Shown: piece by piece, positions 9,478 through 22,045 of the stretch
Numbering within the stretch: position 1 is the stretch's first letter
Layout of the letters: every line of letters begins with the position of its first letter
Assembly (NCBI GenBank): GCA_963749075.1
Contig: CAVVLJ010000017.1
Coordinates: 192,001-256,000, forward strand
DNA from: an uncultured Pseudomonadota bacterium
GTDB taxonomy: Bacteria; Pseudomonadota; Alphaproteobacteria; JACZXZ01
Length of the DNA: 64,000 bases
Reading direction: 5' to 3'
Translations under genes and position numbers: made by a program
The notes under the pieces: generated by a model
What the model was told of the DNA's origin: nothing
The model's database searches: none
The model's input: the letters and a program-made list of their open reading frames with translations, nothing else

Positions 9478-10794
9478 TCAGCGATCGGCGTAGATGGGAA
9501 AGCGCGCGCAAAGCGCCTCGGCGCGCGCGCGCGCGGTTTCCTCGATGCGGCTCAAATCGTTGGCGCCGGACGCGAGCGCGTCGAGCACGTCGGCGATCTC
9601 TGCCGCCACCTCGCGGAACTCAGGCAAGCCGAAGCCGCGCGTGGTGGAGGCGGGCGTGCCGAGCCGGATGCCCGAGGTCACCGTCGGCTTCTCGGAATCG
9701 AAGGGCACGCCGTTCTTGTTGCAGGTGATGGCGGCGCGCTCGAGACTTTCCGCGGCGAGCTTGCCGGTGAGCCGCTGGCGGCGCAGATCGACGAGCATGA
9801 GATGGGTGTCCGTGCCGCCCGTCGTGATGGCGTAGCCGCGTGCGGCGAGGCCCGAGGCGAGCGCCTTCGCGTTCTCGACGACCTGGCGCGCGTAGGACTT
9901 GAAGCCGGGCTCGAGCGCCTCGCCGAGTGCTACCGCCTTGCCTGCAATGGCGTGGAGCAACGGGCCGCCCTGGGTGCCGGGAAAGATGGCGGCGTTGATC
10001 TTCCTGCCGATCTCCTCGTCCATCGCGAGGATCATGCCGCCGCGCGCGCCGCGCAAGGTCTTGTGCGTCGTCGTCGTCACCACGTGGGCGTGAGGCAGCG
10101 GGCTCGGGTGGACGCCGCCGGCGACCAGCCCGGCGAAGTGCGCCATGTCGACCATGAGGTAGGCGCCGACGCTGTCGGCAATGGCGCGGAAGCGGCGGAA
10201 GTCGATGACGCGCGGATAGGCGGAGCCGCCGGCGATGATGAGCTTGGGCCGGTGGAGCTCGGCCAGGCGCTGCACCTCGTCGTAGTCGATGAGGCAATCC
10301 TCCCGCCGCACGCCGTAGCCGGCAGCCTTGAACCACTTGCCCGAGAGATTGGGTGCAGCACCATGGGTGAGATGGCCGCCGGCCGCGAGCGACATGCCGA
10401 GGAGAGCGTCGCCGGGCTTAAGGAGCGCCATGAAGACCGCGAGGTTCGCCTGCGCCCCGGAGTGGGGCTGCACGTTGGCGAAGGTGCAGCCGAAGAGCCG
10501 CTTGGCGCGCTCGATCGCCAGGCTCTCGACCACGTCGACATGCTCGCAGCCGCCGTAATAGCGCCGCCCCGGATAGCCCTCGGCATATTTGTTGGTGAGC
10601 ACCGAGCCCTGCGCCTCGAGCACCGCCTTGGAGACGATGTTCTCGGAGGCGATGAGCTCGATCTGCGTGCGCTGGCGCGCGAGCTCGCGCTCGATCGCGG
10701 CCGCGATCGCGGGGTCGGCGACGGCGAGGCCGGCGCTGAAAAAGCCATCGCCGGCGCTCTTGTCCGCGGCATGCGCGGCCGCTTGCATGGTCAT
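9478..10794 (-). CDS. glyA: Serine hydroxymethyltransferase
   Basis: [33 protein letters not shown]. Confidence 0.98.
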   Translation of the reverse strand: MTMQAAAHAADKSAGDGFFSAGLAVADPAIAAAIERELARQRTQIELIASENIVSKAVLEAQGSVLTNKYAEGYPGRRYYGGCEHVDVVESLAIERAKRLFGCTFANVQPHSGAQANLAVFMALLKPGDALLGMSLAAGGHLTHGAAPNLSGKWFKAAGYGVRREDCLIDYDEVQRLAELHRPKLIIAGGSAYPRVIDFRRFRAIADSVGAYLMVDMAHFAGLVAGGVHPSPLPHAHVVTTTTHKTLRGARGGMILAMDEEIGRKINAAIFPGTQGGPLLHAIAGKAVALGEALEPGFKSYARQVVENAKALASGLAARGYAITTGGTDTHLMLVDLRRQRLTGKLAAESLERAAITCNKNGVPFDSEKPTVTSGIRLGTPASTTRGFGLPEFREVAAEIADVLDALASGANDLSRIEETARARAEALCARFPIYADR

Positions 10795-10863
10795 CTCTCC
10801 GGCACTCCCACTCTACGTCCTCTCACAACCTCGTGCCGCCCCCGGCTTCGCCGCGGCGCCCGC

Positions 10864-11298
10864 TCACGACATCTTCGCCACGCGCCGCGCATGGCGGCCG
10901 CCCTCGAACGCGGTCCCGAGGAAGGCGGCGAGACAGTCCTTCGCCACCTGCTCGCCGATCAACCGGGCGCCGAGCGCCAGCACGTTGGCGTCGTTATGCA
11001 GCCGCGCGAGCCGCGCCGAGGAGACATCGTGGCATACCGCCGCGCGCACCGCACGATGGCGGTTCGCCGCCATGCCCATCCCGATGCCCGTGCCGCAGAC
11101 GAGAACGCCGCGCCCGGCTTGGCCCGTCTCGATCGCGCGCGCCACCGCCGCGGCGAAATCCGGGTAGTCGACGCTGTCGCCCCCGTGGGTGCCGAGATCG
11201 AGCACGCCATAGCCGAGCCTCTCGAGTTCGCCGCTGAGCATCGCTTTCAGCGCGTATCCCGCGTGGTCGGCGGCGATCGCAATGGTCACGGCAGGCAT
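10864..11298 (-). CDS. rpiB: Ribose 5-phosphate isomerase B
   Basis: ADHAG, SVDYPDF, CGTGIGM, HNDANVLALGAR, FEGGRH. Confidence 0.96.
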   Translation of the reverse strand: MPAVTIAIAADHAGYALKAMLSGELERLGYGVLDLGTHGGDSVDYPDFAAAVARAIETGQAGRGVLVCGTGIGMGMAANRHRAVRAAVCHDVSSARLARLHNDANVLALGARLIGEQVAKDCLAAFLGTAFEGGRHARRVAKMS

Positions 11299-11579
11299 GG
11301 GCGGTCACGGGCAGCGGATGGGGCGAGAAAAATACCATATCTCGCTGACCTCTGCCAGCCTGCCACTAGTTCTCGCGGCGGCCGGAAAGGGGGCAAAACC
11401 GGCGTCTTCTTTATGCCAAGACCGCGCGCAATGGCGCACGGTTGCGAGTAAAATTGCTCGGCTGGCGTCCGCGCGGAGCAAGTTAAAGCGCCGCTTTCGT
11501 AAGTTACCGAATGCATACCGACAGGGGCACTCGCCGTTTGCGTGACGAACAAGCCAGGAATTCGCGCAATGTTCCGGCT

Positions 11580-11743
11580 GCAAAATTGTCGAAATCTAGC
11601 AGAATTTTGATCGATACAATAGATCGACTCGCCAAACAGGGTACGATTACTCATTCTGTGGTTTTGTGATGAATTGACAGGGCGTCAGTTATATGCAATT
11701 TGTAAAAAACAACATGAAAATCACAAGAAAAAAGGTTGCCGCA
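11580..11743 (+). promoter_or_regulatory. AT-rich upstream region of mucR (promoter, probable MucR autoregulatory site)
   Basis: Sharp local drop in GC with A/T tracts and a TTGACA hexamer; MucR/Ros proteins are known to bind AT-rich DNA. Confidence 0.45.
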
Positions 11744-12184
11744 ATGAGCGAGGAGAACTCCAAGAAGATTGCTCTCGACAAGGCGGTCGGCATGGCGGCG
11801 GACATCGTCTCGGCCTACGTCGGCAACAACGCCTTGCCGGTGGGGCAGCTGCCGGAAGTCATCCGCACGGTGTACAGCGCAATCGCCACCCTTCAGGATC
11901 CGCTCGCCGCCCCGTGGCGCGAGGCGGCCAAGCCGGCAGTGCCGATCAAGAAGTCGGTGACGCCCGATTACATCATCTGCCTCGAGGACGGCAAGAAGCT
12001 CAAGATGCTGAAGCGGCATCTGCGCACCACCTACAAACTGACGCCCGACGCCTACCGCCAGAAATGGGGCCTGCCGCCGGACTATCCCATGGTGGCGCCC
12101 AATTACGCGGCGCAGCGCTCGGCCTTCGCGAAGAAGATCGGGCTTGGCCGCAAGCCGGCAGGCGGCCGGCGGCGCAGCCGCTGA
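11744..12184 (+). CDS. mucR: MucR/Ros family transcriptional regulator
   Basis: ADIVSAYVGNN, PAVPIKKSVTPDYIICLEDGKKLKMLKRHL, YPMVAPNY. Confidence 0.95.
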   Translation: MSEENSKKIALDKAVGMAADIVSAYVGNNALPVGQLPEVIRTVYSAIATLQDPLAAPWREAAKPAVPIKKSVTPDYIICLEDGKKLKMLKRHLRTTYKLTPDAYRQKWGLPPDYPMVAPNYAAQRSAFAKKIGLGRKPAGGRRRSR

Positions 12185-12340
12185 GGCGCGCGCGCGGCAC
12201 CTCCGCCCGGGCGGCCCGCTGCCGCCTCACGGCCCTCCCGCGTTGAAGCCGGCTGGCGGCCGCGCGCTCCCGGCGCCGCTCCGGCTGTCGCCAAGCCGGC
12301 CCGGCGGCGCTAGACTGCGCGGCCAATCAGGAGGCACGCC

Positions 12341-13561
12341 ATGTCACCAGCCGAGCCTGCGCTCGCCGGCCCGCCGGCGCTCAAAGCCTGGGCCAAGTTC
12401 AAATGGGACGACCCCTTCCTCATCGAGGAGCAGCTCGGCGAGGAGGAGCGCCTGGTCGCCGAGACCGCGCGCGCCTATTGCCAGGAGAAGCTGATGCCTC
12501 GCGTCGTGGAGGCCAACCGCCACGAGCGCTTCGACCGCGAGATCTTCAATGAGCTGGGCGCCCTCGGCCTCCTGGGCTCGACCATCAAGGGCTACGGCTG
12601 CGCCGGCGTCAATTACGTCTCGTACGGGCTTGTGGCGCGCGAGGTGGAGCGCGTCGATTCCGGATACCGCTCCTGCATGAGCGTGCAGTCCTCGCTCGTC
12701 ATGTACCCGATCTACGCCTACGGCAGCGAGATGCAGCGCCAGAAGTACCTGCCCAAGCTCGCGAGCGGCGATTGGGTGGGCGCCTTCGGCCTGACCGAGC
12801 CCGACCACGGCTCCGACCCGGGCGGCATGCGGACGCGCGCCGAGACGGCCGCCGGCGGCTACCGGCTCAAGGGCAGCAAGATGTGGATCACCAATTCGCC
12901 GATCGCCGACGTCTTCGTCGTGTGGGCAAAGGACGACGAGGGAACGATCGGCGGCTTCCTCCTCGAGAAGGGCATGGCCGGCCTCAGCGCACCCAAGATC
13001 GAAGGCAAGTTCAGCCTGCGCGCCTCGCTCACCGGCGAGATCGTGATGGACGGCGTCGAGGTGCCCGAGGAGAACCGCCTGCCGGGCGCCAAGGGTCTCG
13101 CCGGACCCTTCGGCTGCCTCAACAACGCGCGTTACGGCATTGCCTGGGGCACCATGGGGGCGGCCGAGTTCTGCTGGCATGCCGCGCGCAGCTATACGCT
13201 CGAGCGCAAGCAGTTCGGCCGCCCGCTCGCCGCCAACCAGCTCGTGCAGAAGAAGCTCGCCGACATGCAGACGGAGATCGCCCTCGGCCTCCAGGCGGCA
13301 CTTCGCGTGGGCCGCCTCATCGACGAGGGCAAGGCGGCACCGGAGGCGGTCTCCCTCATCAAGCGCAACAACTGCGGCAAGGCGCTCGACATCGCGCGGA
13401 CGGCGCGCGACATGCACGGCGGCAACGGCATCGCCGACGAGTACCACGTCATCCGCCACGTCATGAACCTCGAGGCCGTCAACACCTACGAGGGCACCCA
13501 CGACATCCATGCCCTCATCCTCGGCCGCGCGCAGACGGGCATCCAGGCCTTCACCGGCTGA
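12341..13561 (+). CDS. gcdH: Glutaryl-CoA dehydrogenase
   Basis: [45 protein letters not shown]. Confidence 0.92.
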   Translation: MSPAEPALAGPPALKAWAKFKWDDPFLIEEQLGEEERLVAETARAYCQEKLMPRVVEANRHERFDREIFNELGALGLLGSTIKGYGCAGVNYVSYGLVAREVERVDSGYRSCMSVQSSLVMYPIYAYGSEMQRQKYLPKLASGDWVGAFGLTEPDHGSDPGGMRTRAETAAGGYRLKGSKMWITNSPIADVFVVWAKDDEGTIGGFLLEKGMAGLSAPKIEGKFSLRASLTGEIVMDGVEVPEENRLPGAKGLAGPFGCLNNARYGIAWGTMGAAEFCWHAARSYTLERKQFGRPLAANQLVQKKLADMQTEIALGLQAALRVGRLIDEGKAAPEAVSLIKRNNCGKALDIARTARDMHGGNGIADEYHVIRHVMNLEAVNTYEGTHDIHALILGRAQTGIQAFTG

Positions 13562-13582
13562 GCTCGCCTGAGGCGCTCCGCC

Positions 13583-14326
13583 TCAGCGCTGGGCGGCGCT
13601 GTCCGCGCGCGCGAGCATGCCCTTGAAGCGGCGGTAAAGCCGTGCCGCGCTCGCCTTGAGCGCCGGAGCGCGCCTTTTCGCCTCGGCCTCGAAGAGTGCC
13701 AGCTCGCCTGCCGCGAGGCCGCGCTCGAGTGCGGCACGATAGGCGGGAATGCCGGCCCATTCCGCGACGGTGCTCTCGCCCGCCTCGACGTGGAACTGGA
13801 GGCCGTAGGCGCGGTCGCCCCAGCGCAGCGCCTGGACCGCGCTCGCCGCGTTGCGCGCCAGCACGGCAGCACCTTCTGGCAGCGCCGTCACCTCGGCCGC
13901 GTGCCATTGCAAGCAGGCGAGCCGTGGGCCCTCGCCGCCGAGGAGTGCGTCGCGCTCGCCCTCCGGCGTGAGCTCGACCGCGCGGATGCCGATCTCGGCC
14001 TTGCCCCCCATCGGTGCGACCGTGCCGCCGAGCGCTGCCGCGAGCAGCTGGTGGCCCAGGCAGACGCCGAGATAGGGCAGTGAGCGCTCGACCACGGCCT
14101 CGCGGATCGCCGCCTTCTCGGCCACCAGCCAGGGGTGGCGGTCCTCCTGCCAAACGTCCTGCGGGCCGCCCATGACGATCAGCGCCCGGTAGCCGGCGAG
14201 CGGCGGGATCGCCTCGCCCGCGTCGAGCCGCACGGCGTCCCATGCGATGCCGTCGGCGGCGAGAAATTCGCGGAAAGTCCCCGGATGCTCGAGGGGATGG
14301 TGCTGGAGGACGAGGATGCGGGTCAT
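13583..14326 (-). CDS. Type 1 glutamine amidotransferase family protein
   Basis: Start MTRILVLQH; MGGP, GVCLGHQ, QWH, GLQFHVE (Cys-His-Glu triad). Confidence 0.9.
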   Translation of the reverse strand: MTRILVLQHHPLEHPGTFREFLAADGIAWDAVRLDAGEAIPPLAGYRALIVMGGPQDVWQEDRHPWLVAEKAAIREAVVERSLPYLGVCLGHQLLAAALGGTVAPMGGKAEIGIRAVELTPEGERDALLGGEGPRLACLQWHAAEVTALPEGAAVLARNAASAVQALRWGDRAYGLQFHVEAGESTVAEWAGIPAYRAALERGLAAGELALFEAEAKRRAPALKASAARLYRRFKGMLARADSAAQR

Positions 14327-14414
14327 GCTGCGAGCTTTATACGAGCGGCGGCGCTCTCGGCAAGGGGACCGCGCGCGGTCATGCTCCACTGCCCATTTTC
14401 GCTGAAGCGCGCGC

Positions 14415-14515
14415 CACCCCCTCCCCACCCTCCCCCTTCGAGGGGGAGGGGGTATTAGGCCGTGTCGCGATTTAGGTCCCCTCCCCCCTTGAGGGGGAGG
14501 GTTAGGGAGGGGGGT
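14415..14515. repeat. Composite REP-like element, two inverted CCCTCCCCCTT-[C]GAGGGGGAGGG units
   Basis: CCCTCCCCCTTCGAGGGGGAGGG and CCCTCCCCCTTGAGGGGGAGGG palindromes with inverted flanks; same family as the IS target at 50041/51265. Confidence 0.8.
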
Positions 14516-14550
14516 ACGCATCGCCAATTCAGGGGACTAATCTCGCTCCC

Positions 14551-15732
14551 ATGATCGACGGCTCGAGCGCAGAGCGCTTTCTCGCCACTGTCCCGAGGTT
14601 CGGGCACTTCGGCCAGATCCTCGATCCGCAGCTCTATGCAGCGCTGCCGGACGGCTGGATCGTTGGGCTCTCGGACGTGGTGAGCTCGACGCGGGCGATC
14701 GAGGACGGCCAGTACAAGAAGGTCAATATGGCGGGTGCCGCCGTCATCGCGGCGATGTCGAACGCGCTCGGCAACACGCCCTACCCGTTCGTCTTCGGCG
14801 GCGACGGCGCCAGCTTTGCGCTGCCTCCGGACAAGGCCTCGGCGGCGCGCGAGACGCTCGCCTGCACCGCGGCTTTCGTAGCCGAAGTCTACGGGCTCGG
14901 GCTGCGCGCCGCCCTCGTGCCCGTCGCAGCCATCCGCTCCGCCGGCTTCGACATCCGCGTCGCGCGCTTCGCCGCCTCGCCCGATCTCGATTACGCCATG
15001 TTCTCGGGCGGCGGCTTGAGCTGGGCCGAAGCGCGCATGAAGGCAGGCGAATTTGCCATCCCGCCCGGGCCGCCCGGCTGCCGCCCGGACTTGAGTGGCC
15101 TCTCCTGCCGCTTCGAGGCGATCCCGGCGCAGCGCGGCGTCGTGCTGTCGCTCATCGTGCGGCCGGCGCAATCCGCGCCGGCTGGGGAGGGCAGTGCTGC
15201 CGCCTACCGGGCAGTTGTCGAATCCGTCATCCGCCTGATCGAGGAGAGCCCGGACATGGCGCGGCCCGTGCCCGCCGGCGGGCCGCCGCTTGCCTGGCCG
15301 CCGGCCGGGCTCGATCTCGAACTGCGCGCCGGTCGGACCTCCGGCGTCCCGAGCTGGCTGCGGCGGCTCAAGCTCCTCGCCCACACGGCGCTCTCGTCGT
15401 CCGTTCTGCGCCTGCGCCTCCAGGCCGGCCGCTTCAACGCCGGCCGCTACCTCGACCAGCTCGTCGCCAATTCGGACTACCGCAAATACGACGACGGGCT
15501 GCGCATGACGATCGACTGCCGGGAGGAGCTCGCCGCTGCGATCGAGGCCCGGCTTGCCAAGGCCGCGGGCCAAGGCATCGTCGCCTTTGGCCTGCACCGG
15601 CAGCAGGCGGCCTTGATGACCTGCTTAACACCCTCGGTCTATCGCAGCGACCACATCCACTTCCTCGACGGCGCTGCCGGCGGCTATTCCGCCGCCGCGG
15701 CCGCGATGAAGACGAAAGCGAGGCTGGCTTGA
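14551..15732 (+). CDS. DUF3095-like protein (nucleotide cyclase-like)
   Basis: DVVSSTRAI..G.YK.VNMAGA, PFVFGGDGA, FSGGG, DYRKYDDGLRM, HIHFLDGAAGGY. Confidence 0.8.
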   Translation: MIDGSSAERFLATVPRFGHFGQILDPQLYAALPDGWIVGLSDVVSSTRAIEDGQYKKVNMAGAAVIAAMSNALGNTPYPFVFGGDGASFALPPDKASAARETLACTAAFVAEVYGLGLRAALVPVAAIRSAGFDIRVARFAASPDLDYAMFSGGGLSWAEARMKAGEFAIPPGPPGCRPDLSGLSCRFEAIPAQRGVVLSLIVRPAQSAPAGEGSAAAYRAVVESVIRLIEESPDMARPVPAGGPPLAWPPAGLDLELRAGRTSGVPSWLRRLKLLAHTALSSSVLRLRLQAGRFNAGRYLDQLVANSDYRKYDDGLRMTIDCREELAAAIEARLAKAAGQGIVAFGLHRQQAALMTCLTPSVYRSDHIHFLDGAAGGYSAAAAAMKTKARLA

Positions 15733-15791
15733 AATCCGCGAAACCGGCGCAAGCGTTCCGCAGCCGTTCGGCGAGAACGATGTTGATGCCG

Positions 15792-16757
15792 CTACTCGGG
15801 CGGCCGTTGATTCAACAACCCCACGGCGCGCGCTGCGGCCTCGTCGAAGCCGAGCTCGCCCTTGAGGATCTCGTCGCAAAGCTCTGATAGAAGCGGATCG
15901 TCGCTCGCGACGAGGTTGACGCGCACATGCTCCGCGGCGAGGCCGGCAAGGAGCCGCCGCACGCGGCCCTGCGGGTCGCCGTGTCTATCGCCCTGTGCCA
16001 AGGCGTTCGCGTGCCGTTCCAAGGCGTCCGCCAGCTCCGCGATGCCATCGCCGCGGAGCGCCATGGTGCGGATGACCGGCGGCTGCCAGCCGGGCGAGCT
16101 GCGATGGAGCAGGGCCGCCTCGAGCTCCGCCGCCGCGCGGGCCGCACCGGGCAGGTCCGCCTTGTTGACCACGAGGATGTCGGCGATCTCGAGGATGCCG
16201 GCTTTGAGCGCCTGTATCTCGTCGCCGAGGCCGGGGGCCGTCACCACCACCTTGCTGTCCGCAAGCTCGGCGATCTCGACCTCGGATTGACCCGCCCCAA
16301 CCGTCTCCACCACCACCACGGGGAAGCCGGCCGCATCCATCACGTCGACGATGCGGCTCGCCACCCGCGAGAGGCCGCCCAAATGCCCGCGCGCCGCGAG
16401 CGAGCGCACGAAGACGCCGGCGTCGCCGCTGTGCTCGGTCATGCGGATGCGGTCGCCGAGAATGGCGCCGCCCGAGAGCGGGCTCGAGGGGTCGACCGCG
16501 ACCACGCCTACGCGCAAGCCGCGCCGCCTGAGCTCGCGCACATAGGCATTGACGAGGCTCGACTTGCCGGCTCCGGGGGCGCCCGTGACGCCCACCACTC
16601 TGGCTTGGCCGAGCCGCGGATGGATGGCGCGCAGCACCGCGGCGGCGGCGGCGCTGCCCTCGCTCTCGACGGCGCTGAGCGCTTTGGCAAGCGCCACCCG
16701 CTCGCCGGCGAAGAGAGCCGCGAGCCAATCGGGTGCCGCCTCGCCTGCCGCCGCCAT
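15792..16757 (-). CDS. meaB: Methylmalonyl-CoA mutase-associated GTPase MeaB/ArgK
   Basis: GVTGAPGAGKSS, AVDPSS..SGGAILGDRIRM, ETVGAGQSE, NKAD. Confidence 0.93.
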   Translation of the reverse strand: MAAAGEAAPDWLAALFAGERVALAKALSAVESEGSAAAAAVLRAIHPRLGQARVVGVTGAPGAGKSSLVNAYVRELRRRGLRVGVVAVDPSSPLSGGAILGDRIRMTEHSGDAGVFVRSLAARGHLGGLSRVASRIVDVMDAAGFPVVVVETVGAGQSEVEIAELADSKVVVTAPGLGDEIQALKAGILEIADILVVNKADLPGAARAAAELEAALLHRSSPGWQPPVIRTMALRGDGIAELADALERHANALAQGDRHGDPQGRVRRLLAGLAAEHVRVNLVASDDPLLSELCDEILKGELGFDEAAARAVGLLNQRPPE

Positions 16758-16815
16758 GACTGCGTCCGCCTCTAAACGCGCGCAAACACCGGGGGCCTGG
16801 CGCAGGCCGGCTAAG

Positions 16816-17433
16816 CTAATGGGGCACCGGCGCGCTCTTGTCCTGGTCGGCGCCGGGGGCGAAGTTCACGCAGAGGAGCTTGCCGTCTTCCTTGGAGAGG
16901 GGATCGCCGGTGAGCCCGCAGAGCGTCGTCTTGGCGGCGCCGGCGGCGACCAGGTGGCTGCAGCGCTCGCAGACGCCGAAGGCGCCCTGGCGGCAGCCGC
17001 TGCGCACCTTGCCGAGCACCACGGCGAGGCCCTTGGCGAGATGGCTGGCGCATTCGACGGGCAGCTCGGCCACCGCCTTCTCGATGCCCAGCATGGGATC
17101 GCGGGCGAGGAGCTCCCGCCCCTTGGGCGTCAGCTCCACGCTGACGCCGCGCCGGTCGCTGCAATCGCGGCAGCGTTGCACATAACCCTTGGCGTCGAGC
17201 GCGCGCAGCGTCTGGGAGGCGGTGCCCTTGGTGGTGCCGAGATATTCCGCCAGTGTCGAGGGCGAGCGCGAGTAGCGGTTGGCCCGTCCGAGGAAGCGCA
17301 GCGCCTCCCACTGGGCGGGATTGAGGCCATGCACGAATTGGAGGGCGTGGGCCGCCCGTCTCAGGCGGTCGAGCAGCTCCGACACTTCGCTTGCCGTGCT
17401 CACTTGGTTATGTGCGTCGGGCATGGGTGCCAT
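16816..17433 (-). CDS. MarR family regulator with Cys-rich C-terminal extension
   Basis: LNPAQWEALRFL, TKGTASQTL..L..KG, DRR..ELT.KG; FGVCERC...C...C tail; start 17433 or 17424. Confidence 0.82.
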   Translation of the reverse strand: MAPMPDAHNQVSTASEVSELLDRLRRAAHALQFVHGLNPAQWEALRFLGRANRYSRSPSTLAEYLGTTKGTASQTLRALDAKGYVQRCRDCSDRRGVSVELTPKGRELLARDPMLGIEKAVAELPVECASHLAKGLAVVLGKVRSGCRQGAFGVCERCSHLVAAGAAKTTLCGLTGDPLSKEDGKLLCVNFAPGADQDKSAPVPH

Positions 17434-17460
17434 GAAGAATGATTTCGAGTCGAAATTATC

Positions 17461-17490
17461 CTTGAACGCTGCCGGTTCGTGCCCTAATGT
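17461..17490 (+). promoter_or_regulatory. Candidate sigma-32 (RpoH)-type promoter upstream of the rpoH paralog
   Basis: CTTGAA-N16-CCTAAT, close to the alphaproteobacterial RpoH consensus CTTGAA-N15/16-CCTATNT. Confidence 0.4.
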
Positions 17491-17558
17491 ATCGACTCGA
17501 AATCGAAAGTCAATGCACGCCCAAGCATTCAAGAGCGCGGGCACAAGGCAGGCGAGCC

Positions 17559-18440
17559 ATGATCGCAGCCGACAGCAAGGAAACCCAGCGCAGCGACCGG
17601 CGCTACATCGCGGCCACGATGGAGGCGCCCTATCTCGAGCGCGAGTACGAGCAGGAGCTCGGCCGGCGCTGGCGCGAGAAGCACGACGAGACGGCCCTCC
17701 ACGAGCTGATCGAGAGCCACGGACGCCTCGTGGTGCGCATCGCCTCGCGCTACCGCGCGAGCGCCGTGCCGCTCGGCGACCTCGTGCAGGAGGGCAACAT
17801 CGGGCTCATGGAGGCGGCACTCCGCTTCGATCCCGAGCGCAACACGCGATTTTCGACCTATGCCACATGGTGGATCGTGCGCATGATCCGCAACTACATG
17901 ATGCGCAACGCCTCGATCGTGCGGGTGGCGACCACGCCGAGCCAGCGCCGCGTCTATTTCAATCTCTGGCGCCTGCGCTCGAAGGCGCGCACGCGTGCCG
18001 ACGGCACCATGTCGGACGAGGACCGCGCGCGCATCGCAACCGAGCTCGACGTGCCGCTCTCCGACGTGGAGCGCATCGACATCCATTTCGCGCGGCCCGA
18101 CCAGTCGCTCAACACCACGATCGGCGAGGACGGCTCCATGGAGCTCCAGGATCTCGTGGCCGACGTGCGCCCCTCGCCCGAGACCGTGGTCACCGGCCGG
18201 CGCGACCGCAAGACCCATATCGCCTGGCTGAACGAGGCCATGGACACGCTCTCCGAGCGCGAGCGCCGCGTCATCGAGAACCGCTTCCTCGGCGACGACA
18301 AGACGACGCTCGCCGAGATCGGCGAGAGCTTCGGCGTCACCAAGGAGCGCATCCGCCAGATCGAGCGCCAGGCCCTCCTGAAGCTGCGCGCCGCCATGCG
18401 CACCCACACGCCGGACGTGGCGGAGCTCTTCGACAATTGA
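17559..18440 (+). CDS. rpoH: RNA polymerase sigma-32 family factor (RpoH2-like)
   Basis: DLVQEGNIGLMEAA.RFDP, RFSTYATWWI, RpoH-box-like IVRVATTPSQRRVYFNL, GVTKERIRQIE. Confidence 0.88.
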   Translation: MIAADSKETQRSDRRYIAATMEAPYLEREYEQELGRRWREKHDETALHELIESHGRLVVRIASRYRASAVPLGDLVQEGNIGLMEAALRFDPERNTRFSTYATWWIVRMIRNYMMRNASIVRVATTPSQRRVYFNLWRLRSKARTRADGTMSDEDRARIATELDVPLSDVERIDIHFARPDQSLNTTIGEDGSMELQDLVADVRPSPETVVTGRRDRKTHIAWLNEAMDTLSERERRVIENRFLGDDKTTLAEIGESFGVTKERIRQIERQALLKLRAAMRTHTPDVAELFDN

Positions 18441-18461
18441 GCTGCGGTGCGGTGAGCGCGG

Positions 18462-19352
18462 CTACAGCTTCCCCTTCACCATCTGGATGATGGCCGAGAA
18501 GTCGAGGGCGTCGTGGCCCTTGTTGCTGAAGAGCGCGTAGAGCGCCGCCGCCGCGGCGCCGAGCGGGGTAGCGGCACCTGTTGACGCCGCCGCCTGCTGG
18601 GCCAAGCGCAGGTCCTTGAGCATCATGGCGACCGTGAAGCCCGGCTGGAAGCCGCGGTTGGAGGGCGCGCTCGGCACCAGGCCGGGCTCCGGGCAATAGT
18701 TGGTGATGGCCCAGCACTGGCCGGATGACTTCGAGCTGATCTCGAAGAGCTTGGCGGCGGAGAGGCCGAGCTTCTCGGCGAGCGCGAAACCCTCGGCCAC
18801 CGCGATCATCTGGGCGCCCAGCATCATGTTGTTGCAGATCTTGGCGGCCTGGCCGTTGCCGGAGGGGCCGGCGTGGACGATCGCCTTGCCCATCTTCTCG
18901 AGGAGCGGCTCGGCGCGCGCAAACGCGGCCTCGCTGCCGCCCACCATGAAGGTGAGCGTGCCCGCAGCCGCCCCTGCCACGCCGCCCGAGACGGGCGCAT
19001 CGACCATGTCGAGCCCCTTGGCCGCAGCGGCGGCACCGACGGCGCGCGCGCTCTCCACGTCGATCGTCGAGCAGTCGATGAGGAGCGTGCCGGGAGCAGC
19101 ACCTGCGATGACCCCCGCCTCGCCGAGATAGACCCCGCGCACATGCTGGCCTGCCGGCAGCATGGTGATCACGGTATCGACGCCGCGCGCCGCGTCCGTC
19201 GCCGACCCGGTGACTTCGGCGCCCGCCTCGCGCGCAGCATCGGCAAGCCTGGGCACGATGTCGAAGGCCTTGAGCGCGTGGCCCGCCTTCATGAGGTTGC
19301 GCAGCATGGGGCCGCCCATGTTGCCGAGGCCGATGAAACCGATCTTGCTCAT
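18462..19352 (-). CDS. mmsB: 3-hydroxyisobutyrate dehydrogenase
   Basis: IGFIGLGNMG, DAPVSGG..GA..GTLTFMVGG, AAKICNNM, SSGQCWA. Confidence 0.93.
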   Translation of the reverse strand: MSKIGFIGLGNMGGPMLRNLMKAGHALKAFDIVPRLADAAREAGAEVTGSATDAARGVDTVITMLPAGQHVRGVYLGEAGVIAGAAPGTLLIDCSTIDVESARAVGAAAAAKGLDMVDAPVSGGVAGAAAGTLTFMVGGSEAAFARAEPLLEKMGKAIVHAGPSGNGQAAKICNNMMLGAQMIAVAEGFALAEKLGLSAAKLFEISSKSSGQCWAITNYCPEPGLVPSAPSNRGFQPGFTVAMMLKDLRLAQQAAASTGAATPLGAAAAALYALFSNKGHDALDFSAIIQMVKGKL

Positions 19353-19392
19353 TGCGGCACTCCTCCCGTTATCCCGCATTCCGCGTGTGAAG

Positions 19393-21842
<2,450 letters not shown>

Positions 21843-22045
21843 AGCCCCACGCCCGCAAGCGGCAGGCCGGATAGAGGCCTGCTGTCAATCTTCTTGCACG
21901 CAACGGAACGATGCGACGCGCATGGGCGACGCCGCACGGGTTGATCGCGCTCGCCGCCTGCGGTAAGGAGCGTGCTCCAGGCGCCGGACCGCGGCAGCGG
22001 GCGCCGGCACGGCAAACAACGTGCGGCCGGGAGGGAGATGAGCGG

